Part shown: positions 55,832-64,000 of the stretch, one piece after another
How positions within the stretch are numbered: the first letter of the stretch is position 1
Layout: the number at the start of each line of letters is the position of its first letter
From: Alcanivoracaceae bacterium
GTDB taxonomy: Bacteria; Pseudomonadota; Gammaproteobacteria; Xanthomonadales; Marinicellaceae
Direction: 5' to 3'
Assembly: GCA_016744455.1 (NCBI GenBank)
Contig: JADGEI010000013.1
Coordinates: 27,809-91,808 of the forward strand
Length of the DNA stretch: 64,000 nucleotides
Notes under the pieces: generated by a model
What the model saw: only the letters and a program-made list of their open reading frames with translations
What the model was told of the DNA's origin: nothing
Database searches by the model: none
Made by a program: the position numbers and the translations under genes

Positions 55832-56808
55832 AATGATTCCATGGTCGGAGAAATAGAGTCTATCAATTGAATAAAATCTTTTAGTTCAGAATAGTTGGCT
55901 CCGATAGTTTTGATGTAACATAATGTCAGATTGATGTCTTTTAAATAACCTGGTTTCTTGTCTCGGTAGTTTAATCGGCAAAAAATTCCTACAGCTTTCA
56001 TGTGTCTTTGTATGCCCATTAAATCAAACCACCTTTGCCACTGCTCAGCAGAAATATTACTGTTATTTAATTGATTAAATTTTTGTCTAAATTCATCTGA
56101 TAACTGGCAAACAAACTGATTGTCCCAAGCAATATAGCAATCTCTCAATAGTGAAACTAAATCATAGGTTACGGGGCCAATTACGGCATCTTGGAAGTCT
56201 AATACACCAGGGTTATTGGTTTTAGTTTTCATTAAATTGCGGGAATGGTAATCTCGGTGTACAAATGTCTGGGGTTGTTCTAAAGCGTTGGTTACCAATA
56301 AGTGTTGGCAATTTTGAACAATTGTTTTTTGATTGGCATTTAGTTCAATAGCAAGATGCTTTTTAATAAACCAATCAGTAAATAGTTCTAGCTCTTGTTT
56401 TAACAATGTCACGTCGTAGATTGGCAAGTTGTTTTGTGCAGTCTTTTCTTGCATATCATGTAATGAGTTTATAGCATCTAAATACAGTTCTTGAGATGAG
56501 TGTATGTTTAATACAGAAAGGTATTGAACAGCTCCAAGATCATTTAATAATAAAAACCCTTGTGTTAATTCTTGTTTCAAGACTTTTGCAACATTTATAC
56601 CTGATTTAACTAATCTTTCTGAAATGTCAATAAACGGTTTGCAGTCCTCGTGTTCTGTTGGTGCATCCATCACTATATAGGTGGTACCTCTTGAAAAGAC
56701 ACGCCAATAGCTACGAAAACTTGCATCATTTGATGCCGGTTTAACATAGCATTCTGAGTCGTTAAGAATCTCTTGAGTCCAAGCTATTAAGGCTTGTTTT
56801 CTTTCCAT
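55819..56808 (-). CDS. amgK: Anomeric MurNAc/GlcNAc kinase (aminoglycoside-phosphotransferase fold)
   Basis: APH-type catalytic loop FVHRDYHSRNLM and DFQDAVIGPVTYDL; paired with murU. Confidence 0.7.
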   Translation of the reverse strand: MERKQALIAWTQEILNDSECYVKPASNDASFRSYWRVFSRGTTYIVMDAPTEHEDCKPFIDISERLVKSGINVAKVLKQELTQGFLLLNDLGAVQYLSVLNIHSSQELYLDAINSLHDMQEKTAQNNLPIYDVTLLKQELELFTDWFIKKHLAIELNANQKTIVQNCQHLLVTNALEQPQTFVHRDYHSRNLMKTKTNNPGVLDFQDAVIGPVTYDLVSLLRDCYIAWDNQFVCQLSDEFRQKFNQLNNSNISAEQWQRWFDLMGIQRHMKAVGIFCRLNYRDKKPGYLKDINLTLCYIKTIGANYSELKDFIQLIDSISPTMESLCEQ

Positions 56809-56886
56809 AATTTGTTAGTAGATTTGTAGATATGTACTCAGTTTACTTAGCCTATAGTTACTTTTCAATAAATATTAAAAATTATC

Positions 56887-56913
56887 GGAACCTTTTTATG
56901 CTGTTATGCATCT
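56887..56913 (+). promoter_or_regulatory. Candidate ECF-sigma-type promoter upstream of the DUF4142-cupredoxin-sigma operon
   Basis: GGAAC (56887-56891), a 16-nt spacer, then GCATCT, about 60 nt upstream of the first ATG. ECF operons are commonly autoregulated from GGAAC-type -35 boxes. The -10 is not a strong match. Confidence 0.25.
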
Positions 56914-56970
56914 TGATGGTAATTGGCGAATAACTCGCTTCAGTAATGAAATTAAAAATAGGAATTAAAT

Positions 56971-57519
56971 ATGAATACAATTATAAAGAAATCTTTAGTC
57001 ATATTAATCGTGGCTGTGGTTGGAATAAGTTGTTCAACTACAAAATCCATTAAAGTAGTTAAAAAAGATGTTTTAACTGATGCTAATATAGCTGCTATCG
57101 TTGTCGGCGCTAACACAATTGATATTTCAGCAGGCTCTATTGCGTTAAAACGTTCTAACAACAATGACGTGAAAAAATTTGCCAATAGAATGATTGTTGA
57201 TCATAAATCTGTATTGGCTTCTGCTGTAGAATTGGTTACAAAATTAGGTGTGACACCGGTTGATAATGACTTGGTTTTTACTCTTGCGGAACAAGCTAAA
57301 AGTCATGAAGCTAATTTAAAAACACTTAGCGGAGTAGCGTTTGATCAAGCCTATATAGATAACGAAGTGGCCTATCATGAAGCAGTCATTGGTGTTATTG
57401 AAGGACAATTGATTCCTTCTGCGCAAAATGCAGAATTGAAATCACTGTTAGTATCAGTATTGCCAGCATTTAAGGCCCATTTGAAACATTGTCAAATGAT
57501 TCAGAAGGCACTTTCATGA
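56971..57519 (+). CDS. DUF4142-domain periplasmic (lipo)protein
   Basis: Signal/lipobox LVILIVAVVGISC. Two DUF4142-like helical halves (ALKRSNNNDVKKFANRMIVDHKS; FDQAYIDNEVAYHEAV). Confidence 0.6.
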   Translation: MNTIIKKSLVILIVAVVGISCSTTKSIKVVKKDVLTDANIAAIVVGANTIDISAGSIALKRSNNNDVKKFANRMIVDHKSVLASAVELVTKLGVTPVDNDLVFTLAEQAKSHEANLKTLSGVAFDQAYIDNEVAYHEAVIGVIEGQLIPSAQNAELKSLLVSVLPAFKAHLKHCQMIQKALS

Positions 57520-57875
57520 GAACGCTAGTAATTGCAGTGATTGTCGCAATAATTTCCTATTCAAACAGTAATGCTTGTGAAGAAAGCAATGTACATACTG
57601 TAGAAATTAAAGGGTTTGAGTTTGTGCCAGCTACCTTAACGGTAAAAAAGGGAGATAAAGTGGTTTGGGTGAATAGGGATACTATTCCTCATAACATTGT
57701 TGATAAAATGAATGAGAAGGTGTTATCTACTACGCTTGTAAAAGGCGATAGTTTTAGCTATATTGTTGAAGGAAATTTGAATTATTTTTGCGGTTTCCAC
57801 CCGTCAATGCAAGCTAAAATCATGTTGGATAAAAATGAAAATAAAATAAAGTTAGCGCATAATTACCCTAAATGA
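57516..57875 (+). CDS. Small blue-copper (cupredoxin, amicyanin/plastocyanin-like) protein
   Basis: Start at MRTLVIAV (ATGA overlap with the upstream stop). Cu ligands PHN...FCGFHPSM (C-x2-H-x2-M). Signal peptide. Confidence 0.75.
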   Translation: MRTLVIAVIVAIISYSNSNACEESNVHTVEIKGFEFVPATLTVKKGDKVVWVNRDTIPHNIVDKMNEKVLSTTLVKGDSFSYIVEGNLNYFCGFHPSMQAKIMLDKNENKIKLAHNYPK

Positions 57876-57916
57876 TTTTTTGAATAACCACCGCTTTTAA
57901 TAAATGAGAAAGATAC

Positions 57917-58624
57917 ATGAAGCTACAACCAAAAATACCTAATATTGATGAAATTAGCCTTCCTGCTGAACATATATCCGATGAAGAACTCGTTGAGAAG
58001 GTTAAAGTCGATGGATTTATTGCTTATGGAAGCCTTGTTAGGCGTTATAACCAACGTTTATACCGTGTAGCACGCAGCATTGTTACAGACGATGCTGCTG
58101 CGATGGATGTTGTTCAAGAAGCGCATATTAAAGCATTTACAAAAATCGATACATTTAAAGGAGAAAGTACATTTGCTGCATGGGTTGCCAGTATTGCTCG
58201 TAATGAATCGTTGATGTATTTAAGAAAATATAAAAATGAGGTAACTATGGGGGATAAGGAGCAATCAATTATGGAATCGTTAGAATCTAACAATTTAAAT
58301 GAAGTTAATCAAAATCGCCCTGATAACTTACTGCAAAATTCACAGGTAAAAGGGCTGGTTAATCAGAATATTGATAAACTTTCTGATAAATTTAGATCGG
58401 TGTTTCTTCTTCGTGCAGTTGAACAATTTAGCACCAAAGAAACTGCAAAAATACTCAAATTAAATGAGATTACAGTCAAAACACGTTACTTTAGGGCCAA
58501 GCGTTTTTTACGCAATGAAATCCAGGATTATTTAGACTCATCAAATTTGAATATTTATGAATTTGGTCATAAAAAATGCGATATTGTTCTTCAAAACGTA
58601 CTCGTAGCTATATCAAAATTATGA
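57917..58624 (+). CDS. ECF-family RNA polymerase sigma-70 factor
   Basis: Region 2 (YRVARSIVTDDAAAMDVVQEAHIKAF...FAAWVASIARNESLMYLRK) and region 4 (FRSVFLLRAVEQFSTKETAKILKLNEITVKTRYFRAKRFLR). Confidence 0.85.
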   Translation: MKLQPKIPNIDEISLPAEHISDEELVEKVKVDGFIAYGSLVRRYNQRLYRVARSIVTDDAAAMDVVQEAHIKAFTKIDTFKGESTFAAWVASIARNESLMYLRKYKNEVTMGDKEQSIMESLESNNLNEVNQNRPDNLLQNSQVKGLVNQNIDKLSDKFRSVFLLRAVEQFSTKETAKILKLNEITVKTRYFRAKRFLRNEIQDYLDSSNLNIYEFGHKKCDIVLQNVLVAISKL

Positions 58625-59487
58625 ATCAAATAAAATCAATTTACATGTTTTTTTTGCCCTTTTTGTTGGTGGCAATTATTGGCATTTCAGCCTATCAACT
58701 AATCCTTTTCCCTGTAAATTTATCTTGGTTAGCAAGTATTATGACTTCCATGCCTTTGTTGGTATTTTTACTAGCTGTCATTATTTTTAAATCGAAACCT
58801 CGAACAAGTGAAATTTTATTAACATACACACTTGTAGCAATTATTGGATTGTTATTGGCTTTGATAGTCGCAATCTTTCCTCAGTTACAGTATCAAGTTG
58901 AGCCAAATTATACAGCTTTAGCTTTGGCGGAATTTGGTTTTGTCTTGCATGTGTCTTACGTGTTTTGGTATTCTTCGCTACAAAGGCCTATTCAAAATAA
59001 GTTAAGGGTTGATGGTGAGTTACCAGCATTTTCAGTCTTTAAAGGTGATGTTGAGGTGCTCTCTCAATCTTTCTTAGGTTTTCCAACAATTATTATATTC
59101 TTCCGCGGTAACTGGTGTCCTTTTTGTATGGCACAAATCAAAGAGTTGGCACAGCAATACAGGCAGTTGGTTTTGAGTGGCATTAAAATTGTGTTAATTT
59201 CACCACAGCCGGAAAGAATAACTGAAAATCTAGCAAAGCGCTTTAATGTGCCATTTATCTTTTTAGTGGATAAAGGTAATAAATCAGCAGATATGCTTGG
59301 TTTAAATCATAAAAGTGGATTGCCCAAAGGGCTGAAGTTGTATGGGTACAATTCTGATACGGTTTATCCAACTGTTATTGTAACTAACAAAACAGGAAAG
59401 ATAATCTATTTAGATGAAACACCTAGTTTTCGAAATAGGCCAGAGCCTAAACAATACCTTAATATTTTATTAAGCAACACTGTTTGA
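58621..59487 (+). CDS. Polytopic membrane protein with C-terminal AhpC/TSA (redoxin/thioredoxin-fold) domain
   Basis: Start at MNQIKSIY (ATGA overlap with the sigma stop). About 4 TM helices, then IIIFFRGNWCPFCMAQIKEL (WCPFC redox motif). Confidence 0.75.
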   Translation: MNQIKSIYMFFLPFLLVAIIGISAYQLILFPVNLSWLASIMTSMPLLVFLLAVIIFKSKPRTSEILLTYTLVAIIGLLLALIVAIFPQLQYQVEPNYTALALAEFGFVLHVSYVFWYSSLQRPIQNKLRVDGELPAFSVFKGDVEVLSQSFLGFPTIIIFFRGNWCPFCMAQIKELAQQYRQLVLSGIKIVLISPQPERITENLAKRFNVPFIFLVDKGNKSADMLGLNHKSGLPKGLKLYGYNSDTVYPTVIVTNKTGKIIYLDETPSFRNRPEPKQYLNILLSNTV

Positions 59488-59542
59488 TGCAGTTTTTTTT
59501 ACTACTTTTTATTTGTTGAATATGGTTTTTTGAATGTTCTTA

Positions 59543-60916
59543 TCAGTTTTTAACTGAAAAATAGAGTGTCAAAATAATTGCTCCAATAAGATTGAGGAAT
59601 AATCCAGTTCGCATCATTCGTTTAATCGGCACATGTCCACTGCTAAAAATGATGGCATTAGGTGCTGTTGCAACTGGCATCATAAATGCAAAACTTGCAC
59701 TTATTGTAGCTGGTAGCATTAACATCATTGGCTCAATATCAAGGGCTGTTGCAGTAGACAATAATATGGGCATAAGAACTGCTGTGGTTGCAGTATTGCT
59801 TGTGATTTCAGTCAAAAATGTGACAAACAGGCAGATGAAACCAACTATCATCCATGTGGGGAAGTTGTTTAGGAAGGTAAGGTTGTCAGCAATAGATGCA
59901 CTTAATCCAGTTTGTTTGAAAGCAGATGCAATAGTAATGCCACCAGCAAATAATAATAGAATGCCCCAAGGGATTTTATTAATGGCATTCCATGTAATGA
60001 TTGATTCCTTGTCGTTATCCTTTAAAGTAAATAATAAAACAACTGATAGTAGTGCGACAGATGCATCATTGGCATAAGGCAAATTCAGTAATGATTTCCA
60101 ACCACCGAAAGGTTCGACACGTGTAATCCATAATAAAGCAGTTAGGGTAAATACAATTAATACTTTAATTTGAGATGAGGTAATGGCGACTTGTTCTATT
60201 TTATAATTTATTGGTTTATTCTCTAATTGTCTAGATAAGTAGAAATATGCTACAGGAAAAATAATTAATAAGATGGGTAGTACCTGTTGCATCCAGCCCA
60301 AAAAGCCGATTTCAGGTAGGTTGGCATTTTCAATAGATTGCATTAGTATAAGGTTGGGAGGTGTGCCAATTGGGGTTGCAATTCCACCGATGCTAGCAGC
60401 ATAAGCAATACCTAGTAATAATAGAATAGCAAATTTTTTCGAGTCGTTGTTTTCTAGGATTGCCATGGCAATGGGTAATAACATCAACGTTGTAGCTGTA
60501 TTTGAAATCCACATGCTTAATAATGATGAGGTTAACATAAAACTTAATAAAATTTTGGCTTGTGAGTTTGTGCCTATGGTCTTAATAATTTTATTGGCAA
60601 TTAATTTATGCGTATTTGTGTGAGACATAGCTGTAGAAAGCATAAAGCCGCCAAGTAATAATAAGATTAACGGGCTTCCGTAGGCTTGTGCAACCATTTT
60701 GCTGTCTAGTACCCCAAGTAATGGAAAGGAGGCAATGGGGATTAGCGAACTTATTGGAATTGGTAATTTTTCAGTTACCCATAGGCTTGCTGTTAGTAAA
60801 GTGATAAATAGTGTATGAGACTCTTTTATTGATAAATTTGAATTGTAAATGATAACTGCTATTGTTACCATTATCATAGTAAAGGTTAGGTTATTCAGAT
60901 TGAGTTTATTTTTCAT
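59543..60916 (-). CDS. SLC13/DASS-family Na+-coupled anion (sulfate/di-tricarboxylate) symporter
   Basis: Polytopic. Duplicated SNTAT hairpin motifs (WISNTATTLMLLPIA; EITSNTATTAVLMPI). Start taken at MKNKLNL (60916); an upstream ATG at 60973 is possible. Confidence 0.8.
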   Translation of the reverse strand: MKNKLNLNNLTFTMIMVTIAVIIYNSNLSIKESHTLFITLLTASLWVTEKLPIPISSLIPIASFPLLGVLDSKMVAQAYGSPLILLLLGGFMLSTAMSHTNTHKLIANKIIKTIGTNSQAKILLSFMLTSSLLSMWISNTATTLMLLPIAMAILENNDSKKFAILLLLGIAYAASIGGIATPIGTPPNLILMQSIENANLPEIGFLGWMQQVLPILLIIFPVAYFYLSRQLENKPINYKIEQVAITSSQIKVLIVFTLTALLWITRVEPFGGWKSLLNLPYANDASVALLSVVLLFTLKDNDKESIITWNAINKIPWGILLLFAGGITIASAFKQTGLSASIADNLTFLNNFPTWMIVGFICLFVTFLTEITSNTATTAVLMPILLSTATALDIEPMMLMLPATISASFAFMMPVATAPNAIIFSSGHVPIKRMMRTGLFLNLIGAIILTLYFSVKN

Positions 60917-61037
60917 AAGATGATTGTATCTCTGTCTATTCAAACAATCGTTTAAATAACGTATTTTTAACATTAAAGCTTGAAATTATACCCCTAAAAA
61001 ATTTATCATAGTACTAATTTAATCAGGGGACCAATAA

Positions 61038-63143
61038 ATGCGTCTAAAATATCTCATCTTAACAATAATAACAATCGTTGTATTACAGGCTTGTAGTAGT
61101 TCTTCCAATGCGCCAAGAGCTGTTGAAACAGGACCCGCAACTAATCCAGATGGTGGAGTAGTCACTAAAGTAATAACAGCTCGATTTGATCCAACTAATG
61201 GAATCATACCTTTTCCAAGCAATTTACTTTTACTTGGAACTACAGATTTAACATTGAATCCTCCAACGGCAGATGCATCGGATTTTAGTGATCCTGCTGT
61301 TGCCCTAAGTGCTTTAGATGGTTTTTCTACAGTAGCTCCATGGGGTACTTCTTTTTCTGCTAATGTTGAGGCAGCAACTGTTGTACCAGGCCAAACAGTC
61401 CGAGTTTTTGAAGTCACTCTTTCAAGTCCTGGCGGTGGTGTAACAGGTGTTACAAAAGAATTGCAAGCAGGTGTTGATTTTATTGCTGTGAGTACTGGAG
61501 CAGGTGTTGGAATTGTGCCTCTCAAAGCGTTAAAACAAATCACTAGTTATATGGCTGTGATAACCAATGGCATAACTGACGATGAAGGTAATGCTGCTAC
61601 ACCAGATCAAACCTATTTCTTGTCGAAACGAACCAGTCCTTTGGTTGATGCTAGTGGCAATAGTACCGATTCATTGATAGACAATGCAACAGCTCAAGCT
61701 TTAGAGCCTTTGCGTCAATTAACTAACTCTCAAGAAGCGGCGGCATCATCACAAGGCATAAACCCAGATGATATTGTGGTTTCATTTGTTATGACAACTC
61801 AGTCTATTACACCAGTTCTTCAGGCGGTAAAAGCAGTGACTGGGCCAGGAGCTAGTACACTTGCACCAACAAACTTAAATACTTCAGCACCCGGTATAGG
61901 TGGTGCTGGAATTGCAGATATTTGGATTGGTGTTCAAAGTAGTCCTTATTACTTGTCTGCACCTAGTGCGGCAAATCCAATTGCGCCTTTAAATAGTTTT
62001 TGGAAAGCGACTCCAGGAAATTATGTAGCACCATTTGATGCTCTAGGACTCGATCCGACTTCAACAAATTTAACCTTTGCTAATCCATTTCCAATGGCAA
62101 CAGGTGTACAAACTTATCCAGTTATGTTGACATTGCCGAATGCAAACAGTGGGCATACTAAACCTCCAACGGGTTGGCCGATAGTTATCTTTCAACATGG
62201 TATTACTAGAAATAGGACTGACATGTTGGCTGTTGCTGACACATTGGCATCGATTGGCTATGCAGTGATTTCACAAGACTTGGTTCTACATGGTGTTGAT
62301 GAAACGAGTCCTTTTCATGTTGAAGGAACACCTTTTGCCCCGATCGCTAATGAACGAACATTTGATGTTGATTATGTTGATAACGCAACAGGAGCACCTG
62401 GTTCGGACGATATAACTGATGCATCCGGTACTCATTTTATTAACCTTGGAAATTTATTAGTGTCACGAGATAACTTGCGACAAGGTATATCAGATTTGTT
62501 TTCATTGGCTGCTACAATTCCTACAATGGATTATGATGCAGATGGTGCTCCAGACTTTGATGGGTCGCGTATCGGTTTTGTATCTCAATCATTGGGCTCA
62601 ATTCATGGGGCAACATTCTTGGCTCTTGATGATACAGTTAATACAGCAGTTTTATCAGTAGGTGGTGGTGGTATTGCTCAATTACTTAATGGTTCGCCAT
62701 CATTTGGACCAAGGATTCGTGCGGGCCTTGCGGCGGCAGGTGTTGAAGCCGGTACAGCAGATTTCGAACAATTTATGGTTGTAACTCAAACTGTAATTGA
62801 TTCAGGTGATCCAATTAATTTTGCAGCATTAACAGCAGCAAATAATAATATTCTTTTTCATGAAGTTTTAGGTGATCAAGTTGTTCCTAATACTGTTGCA
62901 GGTGCCCCGTTATCTGGAACAGAACCACTTCTGGCTGCAATGGGCTTACCTAGTATTTCTACTACAACTTCTAATGCTACAGGCCTTGATGGTGTGGTTA
63001 GGTTCACTGCTGGAGATCATGGTAGCTTACTTAGCCCTGAAGATTCACTTGCGGCCACTGTAGAGATGCAGTCACAAATGGCAAGTATGATAGCAACTGT
63101 CGGAACCACAGTCGTGGTAACTGATGATTCAGTGGTTCAATAA
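61038..63143 (+). CDS. VolA/Pla-1-like extracellular lipoprotein lipase (bacterial virulence-factor lipase N-terminal domain plus alpha/beta hydrolase)
   Basis: Lipobox VLQACSSS; ARFDPTNGIIPFPSNLLL N-domain signature; hydrolase core IVIFQHGITRNRTD and nucleophile-elbow-like FVSQSLGSIHG. Confidence 0.65.
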   Translation: MRLKYLILTIITIVVLQACSSSSNAPRAVETGPATNPDGGVVTKVITARFDPTNGIIPFPSNLLLLGTTDLTLNPPTADASDFSDPAVALSALDGFSTVAPWGTSFSANVEAATVVPGQTVRVFEVTLSSPGGGVTGVTKELQAGVDFIAVSTGAGVGIVPLKALKQITSYMAVITNGITDDEGNAATPDQTYFLSKRTSPLVDASGNSTDSLIDNATAQALEPLRQLTNSQEAAASSQGINPDDIVVSFVMTTQSITPVLQAVKAVTGPGASTLAPTNLNTSAPGIGGAGIADIWIGVQSSPYYLSAPSAANPIAPLNSFWKATPGNYVAPFDALGLDPTSTNLTFANPFPMATGVQTYPVMLTLPNANSGHTKPPTGWPIVIFQHGITRNRTDMLAVADTLASIGYAVISQDLVLHGVDETSPFHVEGTPFAPIANERTFDVDYVDNATGAPGSDDITDASGTHFINLGNLLVSRDNLRQGISDLFSLAATIPTMDYDADGAPDFDGSRIGFVSQSLGSIHGATFLALDDTVNTAVLSVGGGGIAQLLNGSPSFGPRIRAGLAAAGVEAGTADFEQFMVVTQTVIDSGDPINFAALTAANNNILFHEVLGDQVVPNTVAGAPLSGTEPLLAAMGLPSISTTTSNATGLDGVVRFTAGDHGSLLSPEDSLAATVEMQSQMASMIATVGTTVVVTDDSVVQ

Positions 63144-63157
63144 AGAGGAGAGATAAA

Positions 63158-64000
63158 ATGAAACTAAATAAAAAACACAATAAATTAAATAACGCATTGA
63201 AAATTGCAATGTTATCCTCTTCTTTTGGTCTTGTTTCCTTGGCTAATGCAGTGAGTTTTAATAAGGGTGACTTCTCGGCCAGTTGGGATACCACAGTATC
63301 TTATGGTATAGGAGTACGTGCGGAAGAGCGCGATAACGGATTGGTAGGTAAAGCAAATTTGAACCCCTCTGTAGGAGGTTTAAGTTTGAATGATCAAATA
63401 ACATCTCCAGGTCGTTGGTCAATCAATTCGGATAATGGTAACTTAAATTATGATCAATGGGATAAAATTTCTAATGCATTAAAAATCACCTCTGAATTTG
63501 GCTTTAGCTATAACAGTTTTGGTGGTTTTTTCAGAGCAACATCTTTTTATGATTTCACTAATGATTCAAAGGAAGGTTTATCTGATACAGCAAAAGAATT
63601 TGTAGGTCATAGAACCCGCCTATTAGATGCTTATCTTTATAAAGATTTTGAGGTTGGGTCACATGCTGGTACTGTTCGACTAGGACGTCAAGTGGTGAGT
63701 TGGGGTGAAAGTACTTTTATCCAACAAGGGATAAATATTATTAATCCAGTTGATGTGTCCAAATTACGTGTTGCTGGTGCAGAATTAAAAGAAGTGTTTT
63801 TGCCTATAGATATGGTATTTGGGTCAATAGATATTACCAATAATTTATCAGTTGAAGCACTTTATATGCTCGAGTTTGAACAAATTGATCCGGATCCAGA
63901 AGGAACTTATTTTTCCACCAATGATTTTGCGACTCCTGGTGCTGAATATGTGATGTTAGGCTTTGGTTTAGTCCCTGAATTTGCAGATTTAGCACAATTC
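63158..64000 (+). CDS. DUF1302-family outer membrane protein, 3' end beyond the window
   Basis: ATG at 63158 preceded by AGGAG. Signal peptide ...SSSFGLVSLANA; FSASWDTTVSYGIGVRAEERD start typical of DUF1302. The frame is open to the window end (281 codons). Confidence 0.6.
   Translation, partial: MKLNKKHNKLNNALKIAMLSSSFGLVSLANAVSFNKGDFSASWDTTVSYGIGVRAEERDNGLVGKANLNPSVGGLSLNDQITSPGRWSINSDNGNLNYDQWDKISNALKITSEFGFSYNSFGGFFRATSFYDFTNDSKEGLSDTAKEFVGHRTRLLDAYLYKDFEVGSHAGTVRLGRQVVSWGESTFIQQGINIINPVDVSKLRVAGAELKEVFLPIDMVFGSIDITNNLSVEALYMLEFEQIDPDPEGTYFSTNDFATPGAEYVMLGFGLVPEFADLAQF

Noticed and set aside
61019-61543. 174-aa minus-strand ORF
   Set aside because: It is antisense to the 5' part of the VolA-like lipase gene, which has a lipobox and family motifs. 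The antisense product is Ala/Thr/Pro/Val-rich shadow sequence.
1-64000. Looked for rRNA, tRNA, tmRNA, RNase P, 4.5S/6S RNA, CRISPR arrays and riboswitch-like leaders
   Set aside because: I found no tRNA-like T-arm/acceptor patterns, no rRNA-like conserved stretches and no short regularly spaced repeats by visual inspection. A covariance-model scan is still needed to exclude small structured RNAs.

Overview
AT-rich bacterial chromosomal segment. Gene content and local synteny point to a Gammaproteobacterium: ffh beside ypjD/yfjD-like genes, nudix-mnmA-hflD, amgK-murU, etfBA, htpG, pbpC. All calls come from reading the ORF translations and the DNA by eye; no searches were run. I support about 45 protein genes and recognised no rRNA, tRNA, CRISPR array, transposase or integrase. 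Housekeeping blocks are interrupted by two accessory blocks of secreted proteins. Block 1 (5.4-20.6 kb) holds a 3273-aa surface protein with DUF11-like N-terminal domains, 14 tandem SdrD-B/CnaB-like Ca-binding modules and an IPTL-CTERM sorting tail. It is followed by an M14 carboxypeptidase, a GNAT gene translationally coupled to a tiny Cys-rich repeat lipoprotein, and a beta-helix protein with a 3' remnant of a paralog. Block 2 (35.2-48.3 kb, between ffh and a sorC/deoC locus) holds an S1 protease with P-domain, an S8 subtilase, a two-gene operon (94-aa miniprotein plus tail-fibre-like protein), a ToxR/CadC-like membrane regulator, and a DUF4097-like gene overlapping a 983-aa FN3 protein. The strongest signal is a short motif at the extreme C-terminus, [LIV]-x-[FY]-x-[DN]-[GS]-F-E-(N/Q)-COOH. 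It is shared by seven otherwise unrelated ORFs (six intact signal-peptide proteins and one gene remnant) and by none of the housekeeping genes. I do not recognise it as a named sorting signal, and I propose it as a candidate new secretion, sorting or docking tag. It may work with the neighbouring giant modular surface protein. Other points worth a second look: an FHA / TPR-Asp-hydroxylase operon, a 2-oxoacid:ferredoxin oxidoreductase operon led by a GltD-like/ferredoxin fusion, an ECF sigma operon with a membrane peroxiredoxin in the anti-sigma position, a didomain ALDH next to a long-form DERA, an inverted-repeat-bounded 145-bp element, and an orphan hairpin/terminator that may be a small RNA.
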